Shown here one piece after another: positions 1 to 11,549 of a stretch of 64,000 bases of DNA. The stretch's first letter is position 1. Each line of letters begins with the position of its first letter. The stretch is taken from IMG/VR virus record IMGVR_UViG_3300045988_110853, positions 4,077 through 68,076 of that record; one strand, written 5' to 3'. The translations under genes were made by a program, and so were the position numbers. This DNA is from a virus. The notes under the pieces are model-generated. The model was not told the DNA's origin. It ran no database searches and saw only the letters and a program-made list of their open reading frames with translations.

Positions 1-526
1 CACCTTTTTTAGCAGTCCAATCTACTAATGTAAGAGTATTATTACTGATAGTATAGTTATCAGTCTCTTTCATCATTACACCGTTATAATAAGCAGTTAA
101 TGTACCAGAATCATTGTTGAAATCAAAAGGAATGGTGAATGTTGATTGTGTAGCATCAGATACGGTGAAAGTATATTTATTAGTAACTGAGTGATAATCG
201 ACACCGGCGGTCGCTGCGGTAATAGTATTACCATCGCTCTTTAAAATGCCAACTGGAAGAGAAACAAGAGTAGCTTCAACGGGAGTTTCCCACGTTTCAC
301 CATTTGTATTTTTTACGAGAGCATCGCCCGCGGTTCCACCATCGGGAAGACAAGAACTAAACTTTAAGTTGCCAACTTTAGTTGTTCCATCACCAATTTT
401 TATTTTATTTAAATCATCATAGATGATAATTTCGCCTTTTAAAGGAATAAAATTAGTCGCTTTCGCCCAATTCGCGGAACTATCGTGCTTTTGGACTATA
501 CGACTTTGATATGTTTTATTAGCCAT
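1..526 (-). CDS. tail fiber-like protein, N-terminal part (gene runs off window start)
   Basis: ATG at 524-526 preceded by RBS; N-terminus shares the IP.GE...KIGDGTT motif seen in 5 other genes here. Confidence 0.5.
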   Translation of the reverse strand, partial: MANKTYQSRIVQKHDSSANWAKATNFIPLKGEIIIYDDLNKIKIGDGTTKVGNLKFSSCLPDGGTAGDALVKNTNGETWETPVEATLVSLPVGILKSDGNTITAATAGVDYHSVTNKYTFTVSDATQSTFTIPFDFNNDSGTLTAYYNGVMMKETDNYTISNNTLTLVDWTAKKG

Positions 527-558
527 ATTATTTTCCTTTCTTTAAAAATTGTTTATTT

Positions 559-918
559 TTATTGTTTAACTGCATTTGCTTGAAGCCAAGTTAGAAGGGT
601 TCCTGTAGCAGGCTCATCAAAAGTAATAGTGCGATAAGCGTTATTAGTCCAAACATAAGCATTATCGTTATTTTCTTTATAACTTGCTACTTGACCAATA
701 TTTCCATAAGTTATAATAGAGGTTGAATTACTATATGTGATACCAAATGAAGTCGCTTTAAGGTTATTTGTTGTAAAAGAAATATTAATTGTTGCCAATT
801 CAATTGACCTACGAGTAGTAGGAGCAAAATCTTTAATAATCCATGTTTCAGTAGTATCAATAACAGGAGCAACTTTCACGCGCACAAGAGAATTATTTAT
901 TTTTAATAAATTACCCAT
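559..918 (-). CDS. hypothetical structural-module protein
   Basis: 119 aa uninterrupted ORF between tail fiber genes. Confidence 0.45.
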   Translation of the reverse strand: MGNLLKINNSLVRVKVAPVIDTTETWIIKDFAPTTRRSIELATINISFTTNNLKATSFGITYSNSTSIITYGNIGQVASYKENNDNAYVWTNNAYRTITFDEPATGTLLTWLQANAVKQ

Positions 919-929
919 ATTTATTTACC

Positions 930-1709
930 TCATTCAAAAACCATTGGTTCACTAACTTCAGTAGCTAGCGCGGTTAAACATTTTTCAATTTTTCCTCTTC
1001 TCAATGCTAATTCCGCAGTCGCGTCAAGAGAAGGATTACCTAAAGGATTAGTAATACCGATACCCGGGATAACTCTTGTAGCTCCAAATTTCATAGCTAC
1101 TGGAGTCAGAGCGGAAACGAGCGCTACCGGTTTTAATAGAATATCTTCTAATTGTTTACAGATTAATGCGCCTGCACGAGTACCTGTACTTTCCGCGCAC
1201 GTAAGAATAAACCCATCAATATTTTCATTTTTTAATTCAGTAGCTAAATTAGTTCCTAAAGTTGTTGCGGTATCTACAGTCATTCCGCCTCCAGAAGTTG
1301 TATAAAAATAATTATATAAAGAACCTATCGCGCCTTCCATTTCTAATCTACGCATTACATCTACAGGAAGCATACGGTCAGGATCTTCACTTACATTTGC
1401 AGGGTCATAAGTGCCGTCTGCGACTTCATAATTTTCAGAAGTTAAGTCTTGAACTCCATCAATAGAATATTTTTTATAAAAAGTAGCTTTAGAAGCAGGA
1501 ATTTTATCAGGGTTTCCTTTTGGTACAATTCCACCGACTGTAATTAAAGTGATTGTCGCTTTACTAATGTTTTTAATTACATTCATTTTAGGAGCTTCAG
1601 GAATTGTAATTCTTACTAAATTACCATTTTCCGCAATATTATTACTATTAATAGCAATTAAACTATTATTAGTAATAACAAAATTTTTATCTTGTAATAA
1701 TATTTTCAT
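930..1709 (-). CDS. hypothetical protein (possible GrdB/PrdB-like fold, speculative)
   Basis: 259 aa ORF, RBS aaaggagacaatta before ATG at 1709; motif LTCAESTGTRAG. Confidence 0.5.
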   Translation of the reverse strand: MKILLQDKNFVITNNSLIAINSNNIAENGNLVRITIPEAPKMNVIKNISKATITLITVGGIVPKGNPDKIPASKATFYKKYSIDGVQDLTSENYEVADGTYDPANVSEDPDRMLPVDVMRRLEMEGAIGSLYNYFYTTSGGGMTVDTATTLGTNLATELKNENIDGFILTCAESTGTRAGALICKQLEDILLKPVALVSALTPVAMKFGATRVIPGIGITNPLGNPSLDATAELALRRGKIEKCLTALATEVSEPMVFE

Positions 1710-1744
1710 TAATTGTCTCCTTTCTTTAAAGAGATTGATAAATA

Positions 1745-2510
1745 TTTATTGAGATGGCATAATATATCCAGCAATATTTAATGTATAATATGTCTTCGAC
1801 CAGTAATAACTTGAATTGCCAATCGTCATATAAAATTTTGAAGAATTTTGGTCAAAAGAGTGTGAAAAATTAATATTATTATTATTATATCCATCAAACT
1901 AAAATACATCACCATTTACAGCATAATATCCGTCTAAAAAAGCATAAATTCCTCCATCAGAAGGAACGTAATATCCATTTGGTTTAATTGAAATAGATTG
2001 CATCTAAAAATTAGGTGGTATAGATACATTATTCCAATATATTGTCTACGTATTTTCAAAAAGTGTATTTCCAGCTCGAATGATGCAATAATAAAAATCT
2101 TGCCGAGTTCCGGTAACTCCAAAAATAGACACTCCAGATACAATATTACCAGGAACAAGATTACTATCTCCTTGAACTTGTATTGTGCCTGTAGTATATT
2201 TCCCATTACTAACAGCAATTTTTGTATCAGTTCCAGGAACTATTGTGATACCACTCTAAGTCGATAATTGTAGTGTTTTATTTGTTCCACTCGATAAATA
2301 TCCGCTAGTCCCTACGCTTGAAGTAATTAAGCCATTACTATTCACGCTAATTTCATTTAAAGAACCAGTTGGCATAGCATTAACAGTTACTCTAGACAGT
2401 CCATCATAACCACTATCAGGCGCTACATTCTAAGAAGAAATAGAAGGAGAAACTGTTTTAGTTTGTAATTTAGGGCTTCCACCGCCACCACTCATCACTT
2501 CAGCGCTCAT
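1745..2510 (-). CDS. tail fiber-like protein, paralog of 3104-3892, about 5 in-frame TAG
   Basis: Starts MSAEVMSGGGGS exactly like 3104-3892 paralog; ORF only continuous if TAG is sense; ATG overlaps TGA of upstream gene (ATGA). Confidence 0.5.
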
Positions 2511-3073
2511 TTGCTTACTACCTTTATAATAACTGGAATAGCAATAGTAGGAACTGTGCCGATAGCTTTAATTATATTTTGAGTAGCATCACCGCAAATT
2601 TTAGCGTTAGAAAAAGCGTCATATTCCGTAGTGGTCGCGGTTGGAGCGACAGAAACAGTAATATCATACTAACTATTTGGATAAGTTGTTTCGAAACTAT
2701 AAGTTTTATTACTCCAATTAGCTACCGCCAAAGTGGTTGTTAAATATTTTGTAGTAATTGCGGTAATTGTTGTACCATCACTTTTTAAAGCCCCAATAGG
2801 TAATTCAATTAAAGTAGCTTCTACGGGAGTTTCCCATTTACTACCTTTTTCGTTCTTTACAAGAGCATCTCCATTATTTCCTTCGGCTGGTACAGAAATA
2901 AAACTTAAATTTCCAAGTTTAGTTGTGCCATCGCCAATTTTCATTTTATTTAAATCAGTATAAACAATAATTGATCCTGACGCTGGAATATAATCAGTTT
3001 GCGCGTTCCAATATGTTTCAGTATTATATTCTACGCCTTTACGCAATATATTTATCACTTTTGGAATTGCCAT
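2507..3073 (-). CDS. tail fiber N-terminal anchor domain protein (1 in-frame TAG at 2669-2671)
   Basis: MAIPKVIN..KIGDGTTKLGNL motif; read-through of TAG gives ORF ending TGA at 2507 overlapping next ATG. Confidence 0.55.
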
Positions 3074-3103
3074 ATTAAACCTCCTATTTTAAATAAATCT
3101 ATA

Positions 3104-3892
3104 TTAAGTTGGGGCTTTTTCACATATTACATATAAATAATATGGGTCTCCGCTAAAGTAAATATCAGAATTATTTTCTAATGTAATAGTAAATTTTCCT
3201 GTATTACCATAATTCCAAGTTACTTCAATATAGCTATTAACTGAAGTAACCGCATTTCCGCTCCAATCAGTATAACTCGCCCAAAGCTTTCCACCCCAAT
3301 TTTGATTTGTCATATAGCTTTGAAGAGCAATAAAACCACATTTATAGCTATATCCTTCGCGAATCATTATGATTTGATACGGATATAATGTTCTATCATA
3401 AAAACTGAATTTTGTAGGAATAAAAGTATAAGTTGTAGTTCCTTGAGAAGGCTAAATTTTTCTTACTTCTATTGGAGTGCTTGATAATGTTCCAGTTACT
3501 CCAAAAATATTTACTCCACTTTTAATATTACTGGCAGTTAAATTACTATCTCCACTTACTCTTATAGCTCCAGTTGTATATTTTCCACTATCAACCGCGG
3601 TTTGATTATATCTTCCAGGAGTTATAGTTTTTGAACCTTGAGTGGATAATTGTAATGTTTTATTTGTTCCGCTTGATAAATAACCACTAGTACCAACATT
3701 AGCAGTAATTAATCCATTACTATTAATAGTAGGATTATTAAGAACACCAGTTGGCATAGCATTAACAATTACTTTAGATAATCCATCGTAATTACTATCA
3801 GGTGTTACGATTTGAGAAGATGTTGATGGTGTAATAATTTTATCTTGTAATTTAAGACTCCCACCACCGCCACTCATTACTTCTGCGCTCAT
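3104..3892 (-). CDS. tail fiber-like protein (1 in-frame TAG at 3452-3454), ends TAA
   Basis: Track ORFs 3452-3892 and 3104-3367 are same frame separated only by TAG; paralog of 1745-2510. Confidence 0.55.
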
Positions 3893-4099
3893 TAATTATC
3901 TCCTTTCTTTGAGAAAATAAAAAAATGGTGTTACCTCTTTTGTATAATTAGAAGTAACACCATTTAGAAAATAGTTTTCTCAATAATCATTTCCAAAAGA
4001 GTAAAACCAAAATATATATTTAAATTTTAAGTTATCAATTCCAAACTTAAATTTTCTATCTACATTATATATTAATTTTTGGAAATGTTAATATATTGA

Positions 4100-4142
4100 A
4101 TTCGTCCAAAAGGAAAAAGGCTCTCAATTAAGAGAGCCTTTA
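4100..4142 (-). terminator. rho-independent terminator after 4144-4642 gene
   Basis: 10-bp perfect inverted repeat aaaggctctc/gagagccttt at 4117-4142 followed on minus strand by T-rich run. Confidence 0.6.
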
Positions 4143-4143
4143 A

Positions 4144-4642
4144 TTAAATATTTACTGTAGAGGAACCGCAATCAAAAATAACATAATTAGTTTGCGCGAG
4201 CGTCTCAATAGAGGGCGCACCCCACGTTCCATCACCTTTAAGAAAATTGTTCTTATTGGCGGCCGCAGGCGCAGGCACTAAACCTTTTGTTCCACTACTG
4301 GAACTAGTCGCACCAACCATTACATCAATATTATTTTGAACGACAGTCCAATCTGCGATTTTAAAAGCGGAGTTATAATTACCAACACATATAATCATAT
4401 CTCCTGGTTCAATCTTTCCGAGAGAACCAAGAGTAAATGTAGCATTGGATTTATAAGTCCAACCTGTTTTATAATTAGTTAAATTTGTGATACCGGTAGC
4501 ATTTGAAACCACACCTTTAAACACAAGAGAAGAAGCAAGAGTCGTCTCAAGCTAAGTAAGACGATCTCTTGCATCAGAGTCTTTCAGGTGGTAAATGACG
4601 CTACCTAAGTTGATTTTGGAAATCAATTTCATATTGTCTGCC
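4144..4642 (-). CDS. structural protein (1 in-frame TAG)
   Basis: ATG at 4640-4642 with RBS aaggtggtgagtaa; MADNMKLISK...RLT-TAG-LETTLASS continues into track ORF 4144-4524. Confidence 0.45.
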
Positions 4643-4678
4643 ATTTACTCACCACCTTATATTAAAATTTAACTATAA

Positions 4679-5896
4679 TTACTGAACAGTAACTTCCTTA
4701 GCGGCAACAGCAATGTCACCAACAGCAAGCTCAAGAGCAGCGCCAGTAAACTTAGTCTTAGTGGCATCTACACCAGCTTTGTCATAGCTTACACCGGAAA
4801 CAACAGAAGTCTTTTCACCAGCAAAGGTTGCAGTAATATCCGCAGAAGCACCAGCAAAGGTAGCTGCGAATTTATCACCAGTGAAGGTAGGAGCAGAAGC
4901 AGTGGCACTCTTAATACCAGTAACAACAGTAGTACCAGCTTCAGCCAATTCAGGCAAAGTACCCTTATCAAACGCACCTTCACTATAGGAAGCTTTAGCA
5001 CCCTGAGTAAAGGTAGGAAGAGTATTAGCAGTAAAGGAGAAACTCAGAGTCTCGCTTGCATCATCAACATTAGCACTCCAAGCAGCCTGAGAACCAGCAG
5101 TAAAGGTATCATCGCCATTAGGAGTAAAAGTGTCGGCAGCTTTAGAAGGCAAAGTACCTACAGAAGTAACTTTCTTAATGGTATCAGTATTTGGAGTGAC
5201 AGTCACAGTAGGAGCAGAAACACTACCAGAAATCTGAGTACCATTATCAGCATCCTTAGCAATGCTAACAGAACCAGCAGCAGTGACACTACCAGTGATA
5301 TCACCAGAAGGAGTATAATCACTCTTAGTTAAAGTGGCTGCGGTAGAAGTCTGAGTTAAACCAACTTCAATACTACCTGCGGAGGTACCAGTAGCCTTAA
5401 CGCCAGTAATGGTTTGACCAGCAACAGTGCCAGTAGCAGAACTCTTATAAGCAAGAGCACCAAGTCCCAAGTCGGTCTTTAAAGTCTCAAGAGAGAAAGT
5501 ACCTTCAAGAGCCTAAGTACCAATCTTGAAACTCTTCAGGGCATAAATACTCTCGTCACCAAGCTCGTGCCAATCAGCGGGCTCACCACCGTATACATAT
5601 TCCTTAACGCCGACAATTACAACATCACCGGGAGCGGGATCTTTAATGTCAGAAGTGGCACTAACAACGCCACGGAAGTGCATAGAACCAGCAATACCAG
5701 CAATAGCAGCTTGAACTTGAGCGCCAGTTACAAGGCCCTGTTCGTCAGCGCCAACACCAGCGGCAACATCTTTCTTAGCAGCAGTGCCAAGAGTTTTAAG
5801 AAGTTCACGAACTTCAGCATCTTTTAAATAATAAGTTTTTTCGCCAATAGTAAGTTTACTAATGACGGGTAAATTCTTAGGATCAAAAATAGCCAT
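4679..5896 (-). CDS. structural protein with Thr/Ser/Ala/Gly-rich C-terminal region (1 in-frame TAG at 5513-5515)
   Basis: Track ORFs 5513-5896 and 4679-5470 are same frame, joined through TAG. Confidence 0.5.
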
Positions 5897-5939
5897 AAAT
5901 AATTTTCCTCCATTAAATAATATATATATTATCTCGTTT

Positions 5940-6452
5940 AATTAAACGGAGATTATAAATTATATGCGAAAACGACAGTTTCATCTAATTCGTTTACTCG
6001 CATTTCAATTTTTTCTTTTAATTCATCAGTAATAGCTTTTTGAGTCATAGTGCCATCTATATTCTATCCAGGATTATTATATAATTTCATAATCCCAGGA
6101 GTTATTTCATTAGCGTTCTATGTTTCATTTATCGGAATATACTATGTTCCATTATAATAATAAATAATTTGATTACTTATATAAAGTCTATTTTCATATC
6201 CATTAATTATAATAGTATGTTCTTCATCTTTATAAAAATTATTCTCATAAAAGTATCCTCGAATAAAAAGATTATCTTGATAATTTAAATTACCATAAGA
6301 AGTAATTCCATCACCAATTTTTATTCTTAGTCCATTCTTCGCGGTATCTACTAAAATAGGTTCTCCGCGAGCTGGAATAAAAGTGTCTTTTACTTTTTCA
6401 TAATTATAATCATTATCACGACGTAATTTAATAATAGAATTAATCTATTTTA
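5940..6452 (-). CDS. tail fiber N-terminal anchor domain paralog (TAG-rich)
   Basis: RBS aggagg then ATG; MPNIK-TAG-INSIIKL...IPARGEPILVDTAKNGLRIKIGDGITSYGNL. Confidence 0.4.
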
Positions 6453-6486
6453 TATTAGGCATTTATTAGCCTCCTTTCTACCTTTT

Positions 6487-6858
6487 TTAGGCAGTAGGAG
6501 CACTACCACCATCAATAATTAAACCATCAAGTATATCAGTTAAATCATTTTCGTTAGGAACTTGACTAAATTGATTGTTATTAATAACATTATAACTAAC
6601 CCAGTTACCATCTTTATTTTTAATTGAAATGGTTTCACCTTCGTAATTACCATATTTAGCAACCCAAAGACGTGCTTCGTTTTCATTTTCAAAACGAGTC
6701 TTTTTAACAATTTGTTTTAAATTACCTTTTTCATCATAATAATAGACTTCTCCACTGTTTTTCTCGTTATTCGTTACGATAAGAGTTTCATTGGAGATAA
6801 CTTCTTCAGTAATACTATTATTAATTTTATCTTTATTTACATATGCTAATTTAAACAT
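6487..6858 (-). CDS. hypothetical protein
   Basis: 123 aa ORF with RBS ggagg. Confidence 0.45.
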   Translation of the reverse strand: MFKLAYVNKDKINNSITEEVISNETLIVTNNEKNSGEVYYYDEKGNLKQIVKKTRFENENEARLWVAKYGNYEGETISIKNKDGNWVSYNVINNNQFSQVPNENDLTDILDGLIIDGGSAPTA

Positions 6859-6917
6859 CAGTCAATCCTCCTCCCTCAGATTTTCGCGGTTACTACATAA
6901 TAACCATCAATGTAGTC

Positions 6918-8366
6918 CTACTCATATCCATCAGCAATTATTGCTTCTGGAAGTTCATGACTGAATCTACCACCGGAAACAACAAATTCAGCATTACCTT
7001 CAATAGTAAATAATTCTTTACCAGTACTTTCAAAAGTACCACCAGTAATTATAGTTTTACCAACATTAAGGGTATCATTGCTCTTAATGCTTTGAACAGT
7101 GGCATAACCATCATTTGTTGAGAAATAACCACCATTAATGGTAACAATCTTACCAACATTATAAATCATACCATAGAATTTACCATCATTAATAGTTAAA
7201 ACGCCATTATCATCATTTTTAATAGTAACATAAGCATCAATAAAAGTACCACCATTAATAGTTAACTCAGGAGACTCTGCGTTTTCACCATCAATGTGTT
7301 CTTTGCTATAATTATAATAACCATTATCAACTAAGCTAGATAATCCACCAGGGGAAGAGAAGATACCATCATTAATAGTCATATAACCGTGATTCTTTAA
7401 AACGTATCCTCCATTGCCTTTTTCATCAATAGAACGAGAATAAGTACCATTTTCAATTGTAGCATTACCATTACTTTCAATAACAGCTCTACCATTTTTA
7501 TTACATTCTACGTTGCCGTTACCGGTTAAAGTGAGATTACCCGTATTTTTAACCACAACAGGACAAGTATTGTTATTAACAATAACGGCATTATTCATAT
7601 CAACAGTAAATTTTTTATCTGCGGAAATTGGTTCATCTGCTTCAAGGCCACTACTTAATTTAATAGTTCCACCATCTTCAACAGCATCAATAGCTTCATT
7701 TACGCTAATAAAAGTTTGTCCGTTGACTTCAACTGAAGTGTCATTTGCGGTTTCGCCATATACTTTGATAACATCTAAATCAGTTTTTAAAGCATATTTG
7801 TCAAGTTCAACTTTCTCAACATAATCTTTTGCGATTTCTGCTTTAACATCTTCTACTTTTTGACCGACTTCAGTAATTTTATTATCTACATCAGAAATTT
7901 TTTGGTTAATTTCCCCGATAGAAGAATCAATTCCTTCAAACTTTTTATCTAAATCAGTAGTTAAATCTTTAATACTAACTTTGATAAGATTTGCAGTTTC
8001 TTCTTTATTGTAGTAATTACTAAGATCAACCGCGTGAAAAATTTCCCAGCTATCGCCATCCCAAATATAGAGAGTGCGCTCAGCCGTTACTTGATAAATA
8101 TCACCTGTTTCCGCAGATTCAGGTAAATTACTTTTTTCCGCGACTGTACCAATAAAATGAATAGCACCTTCATTGACGCCAACATATTTAAGTTCGCCCC
8201 AAGTAGAAGTGCCATCACCAATTTTTACTTGGCCTTTATTTTTTCCATCGAGGGTTACACATGGTTCGCCTGCTTTTGGAATGTAAGTGCTAGCAACCGC
8301 ATCCCATTGAGCTTGATATCCACGACGGAATTGGATAAGGGTCTGTAAAGTTTTCTTATTTGCCAT
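6918..8366 (-). CDS. tail spike/fiber with anchor domain plus beta-helix-like repeats (depolymerase-like)
   Basis: 482 aa; N-term IPKAGEPCVTLDGKNKGQVKIGDGTSTWGEL; C-term repeated NG/VxN strands; terminal TAG at 6918 may be read through to TGA at 6876. Confidence 0.65.
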   Translation of the reverse strand: MANKKTLQTLIQFRRGYQAQWDAVASTYIPKAGEPCVTLDGKNKGQVKIGDGTSTWGELKYVGVNEGAIHFIGTVAEKSNLPESAETGDIYQVTAERTLYIWDGDSWEIFHAVDLSNYYNKEETANLIKVSIKDLTTDLDKKFEGIDSSIGEINQKISDVDNKITEVGQKVEDVKAEIAKDYVEKVELDKYALKTDLDVIKVYGETANDTSVEVNGQTFISVNEAIDAVEDGGTIKLSSGLEADEPISADKKFTVDMNNAVIVNNNTCPVVVKNTGNLTLTGNGNVECNKNGRAVIESNGNATIENGTYSRSIDEKGNGGYVLKNHGYMTINDGIFSSPGGLSSLVDNGYYNYSKEHIDGENAESPELTINGGTFIDAYVTIKNDDNGVLTINDGKFYGMIYNVGKIVTINGGYFSTNDGYATVQSIKSNDTLNVGKTIITGGTFESTGKELFTIEGNAEFVVSGGRFSHELPEAIIADGYE

Positions 8367-8389
8367 TTACAAATTTCCTCCTTACTTAT

Positions 8390-8608
8390 TTACACTGGAA
8401 CTTCTCCGCCATCAATAACTTCATATGTATTATCGTCATTAATGTAAGGAAGGTCATTCCAAGCATGAACGCCATCGCCAACTTTTAATTTGCCAGTGTC
8501 TAATTCAAAACCCGGTTCTCCCGGACCTAAAAGAATATTTTTTTTAGTCCAAGTTTCTGCGTTTCCGCGTTTAAAATAAAACTTTGACTTCATATAAACA
8601 TCAGCCAA
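8390..8608 (-). CDS. small protein consisting of the tail-fiber anchor motif only
   Basis: 72 aa, GPGEPGFELDTGKLKVGDGVHAWNDLP, TAA stop. Confidence 0.45.
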   Translation of the reverse strand: MADVYMKSKFYFKRGNAETWTKKNILLGPGEPGFELDTGKLKVGDGVHAWNDLPYINDDNTYEVIDGGEVPV

Positions 8609-8626
8609 TTAAATACACCTCCTTAA

Positions 8627-8897
8627 TCAATACTACCGCCGTCCCAAATATATGTATTATCAGGATCAGAAGGTTCGGTGCTTCCACCGCCACTACTATT
8701 ATTACTATTGGATTTCTATTCAACCCAAGTATTATTATCTTGATAAATATATAATTTTGATGATTTAGGAATAAAAGCGGTACTACCAGGGAGCAATGAA
8801 ATTGTTGGAATTTTTTCAATATCTTCAACAGAATCAACTATAAATTTCTTCAATCCATAATTAACTTTACCATTTTGATGTGTTAAAGTATACATCT
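8627..8897 (-). CDS. small structural-module protein (1 in-frame TAG)
   Basis: MYTLTHQNGK...WVE-TAG-KSNSNN..., TAA stop. Confidence 0.35.
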
Positions 8898-8999
8898 TAT
8901 TGCCTCCTCTTTTATTACATCATTCTAAATAATATAAAAAAATATTCTTTATGAATATAAAAAATTGGCCTACTGAAAATCTCAATAGGCCAATTAATT

Positions 9000-11030
9000 T
9001 TAATAATTATTATATGCGGTTAGTAAAGTATCTAATTGTGTTTTAAAACTAGCATCACCTGACGCCACCTTAGTATTATTTCCCAAAGCAGTTGTTATAG
9101 CATTAAACCAAACTACTAAACGTAGGGGATTAGCGTCATTTATGGTAGCAATTGAACTATTTAAATAAGTATTTATATATCCCGCGAAAGTATTTGCTTC
9201 ACTTCTGGAATAGTCTTTCCAAGTAAATGCGGGCCACCAAACTGCGTAATAAGTTATATTAGATGTTCCAGTAGAAATTGAAGGTGTTGCTCCCTTTTTA
9301 TAAGTCGCGGTTTTTGCCGTAGACGATGTAGACCATCCTTTAAAAATATAATTATTGCGAGTAGGATAATTGGATCCGTTAATATTAAAAGAAGAATTAG
9401 TATTAACTGTCTGTGATCCCGGCCCGCCAGAACCGCCATTCGCATTATAAGTTATGGTTATTGTATTTCTTTTCCAAATCGCATAAAAAGTTGTTGAACC
9501 ACTTACTAATACAGAACTTCCTGCGCTATAGCCAGAAGTAGCAGATGAAGAAGTGCTCCATCCTTGGAAAGTATAGTTTGTACGAGATGGCGCGGAAGCC
9601 ATTGTAGCGTTCATAGAATCAGCGTAAACATAATTTGTAGACCAGATAGTATTAGTACCATCATTCTTGTTAAAGGTTATTGTATATTGTCTATAATAGT
9701 TATATTGCCACGGTATAGAATATGTGCTGCTATTACTCCAAGCGGCGTTTACATACCAATAATAAGTAGTGCTTGCTGATGCTGTATATTCAATTTTAGT
9801 ATCATAACCAGTTCCCGCTCCATCATCATCTACTTTTAATGTTGTTCCACTAACAGCACTTGTTCTACTAGTTCCCGAAGCAGCTGATAAAAGTGAAGAA
9901 CTTAAATAGCTATAATAGTCAGGACTTTTAGAATTACTGGTTGTTTTAAATACCAATTTTCCAGCATAACTTGGAGTTGTTACTGTAATATATCCTGCCT
10001 TATAAGCAGGTACAGAAGTAGTACCACTTGTTCCACTAGTACCACTACCTATAGTATACATACTAATTGGTGTCATCCAAGAACTTATTGATTCAAAATA
10101 AAAATAAAGTTTTCCTGAAAAAGCAGCAGGGCTACTCCAAGGAGCTATCGCTATTCTATAAGTTGTATTAGCAGTCACAGAAAACTAAGTTATTTTAAAA
10201 TGTCCGCTTCCGCCACTTTGATCGTCAGATATTAAATAATTTGTTATTGCCTAATATCCACTAGAAGCGCTTGAATTTAATCCCATTGAATTGGCATATC
10301 CTATAAATCCATAGTCATCAAAACTATCTCCAGAAGCATATGCAGTAAGAAGTCCATTTGAACTAGGAGTATAATCAATATACCCAATTCCGTAAGAAGA
10401 TAAATTATAGTCTACATAAGTATTGACTGCGCCACTATAATTACCTAAATTTTGTAAATACCATCCTGTTGGAGCTTCAGTATAAAAGAAAACTACATAA
10501 GGATGCCTTGAACTATGATTGGTACAAACAGAGTCTGTTCCATCATAATTTCCATTTTTTGCCTGTTCTACACATTTTGACCAAGTGCTATGATAAACAT
10601 AACCCTAATAAGTATATCCACTAATAGTAGGAGCTGTAATGCTTGAAGAAGAAGTGGAAGTTTCATAGCCCATATAATCTCCAGCGGTTAAATTGTAGCA
10701 ATCCCAATGATAATCATCATCAGAGCCACCGCTACCTCCTCCGCCTCCACCAGAATCTTCATCAGTCCAAGCAACTCCTGTTCCAGAGGCTCCATTATTC
10801 CACTAGCCTGCTGTATAATAATCTACTTCCCAAGCATATTCATACCTTGTGCCAGGAGTTAATCCTGAAATTCGAACCCAAGGAGTTCCAGTTGTTGAAG
10901 AACCAGTATCCGAAGTCCCATCATCTAAACGGACATATAACCTTCTACTAACATTATCTGAACTTATTCCACTTGCTTCAAAAATTAATGAGGTAGTAGT
11001 ACTACTTGTACAACTTACAGAAACAGCCAT
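9000..11030 (-). CDS. large structural protein with FN3-like motif (about 4 in-frame TAG)
   Basis: ATG 11028-11030 after RBS aagggagg; GLTPGTRYEY FN3 signature; joins track ORFs 10803-11030 and 9000-10178 through TAGs; TAA stop. Confidence 0.5.
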
Positions 11031-11045
11031 TCAATTTCCTCCCTT

Positions 11046-11548
11046 TTATCTTAAAAATTTCTAAAAGCATTTTTAAATCGCGGTTTTCGGTCTTTGCGCT
11101 TGATGCCGGTCGGACCACATTCACCGCCCTTATTTAAACAAACAAAAATACTCTTAAATTTTGTTTTCTTGTTCTTTTACTCCGCAAACGCTAACCCGTA
11201 GGTTGCCTTACGCTACCTTCCGCCATCAAAGAACAATCAAACTCCATTTAAGAGCATTTCCTCGGTTTGTTTTCAGTATTCAATTTGGTTAGATTTAAAT
11301 AGGAAATCTTACTTATTCCGCACCGATTTTTATAGAATTAATAAAAGTGCCAAATCACCATTTAATATAAATATCCTTACCTATTCTTAACCGCCCTTTC
11401 GTTGCGGTGAACGCCTTTTCTTCAGCCTGTTAGGAAAAGAAACCTATCGTTTTAAATAAACAACGCCGTCGCCATCTACGACCCTGCTACTTACTTCAGG
11501 TACGATAAGCAGTTTTTGCGATTACTATAAAGCATACTGCCAAATGCT
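11046..11548. other. ORF-free 500 bp region with elevated GC; candidate structured RNA
   Basis: No ORF of 60 aa or more on either strand, GC visibly above flanking intergenic DNA, several imperfect inverted repeats. Confidence 0.3.
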
Positions 11549-11549
11549 T

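Noticed and set aside
4789-5001. Leu-rich 70-aa ORF on the minus strand inside 4679-5896
   Set aside because: Alternative frame of a T/S/A/G-rich gene. Low-complexity artefact.
8601-8837. 78-aa hydrophobic ORF
   Set aside because: Wrong frame relative to the TAG-containing gene 8627-8897, which has the RBS.
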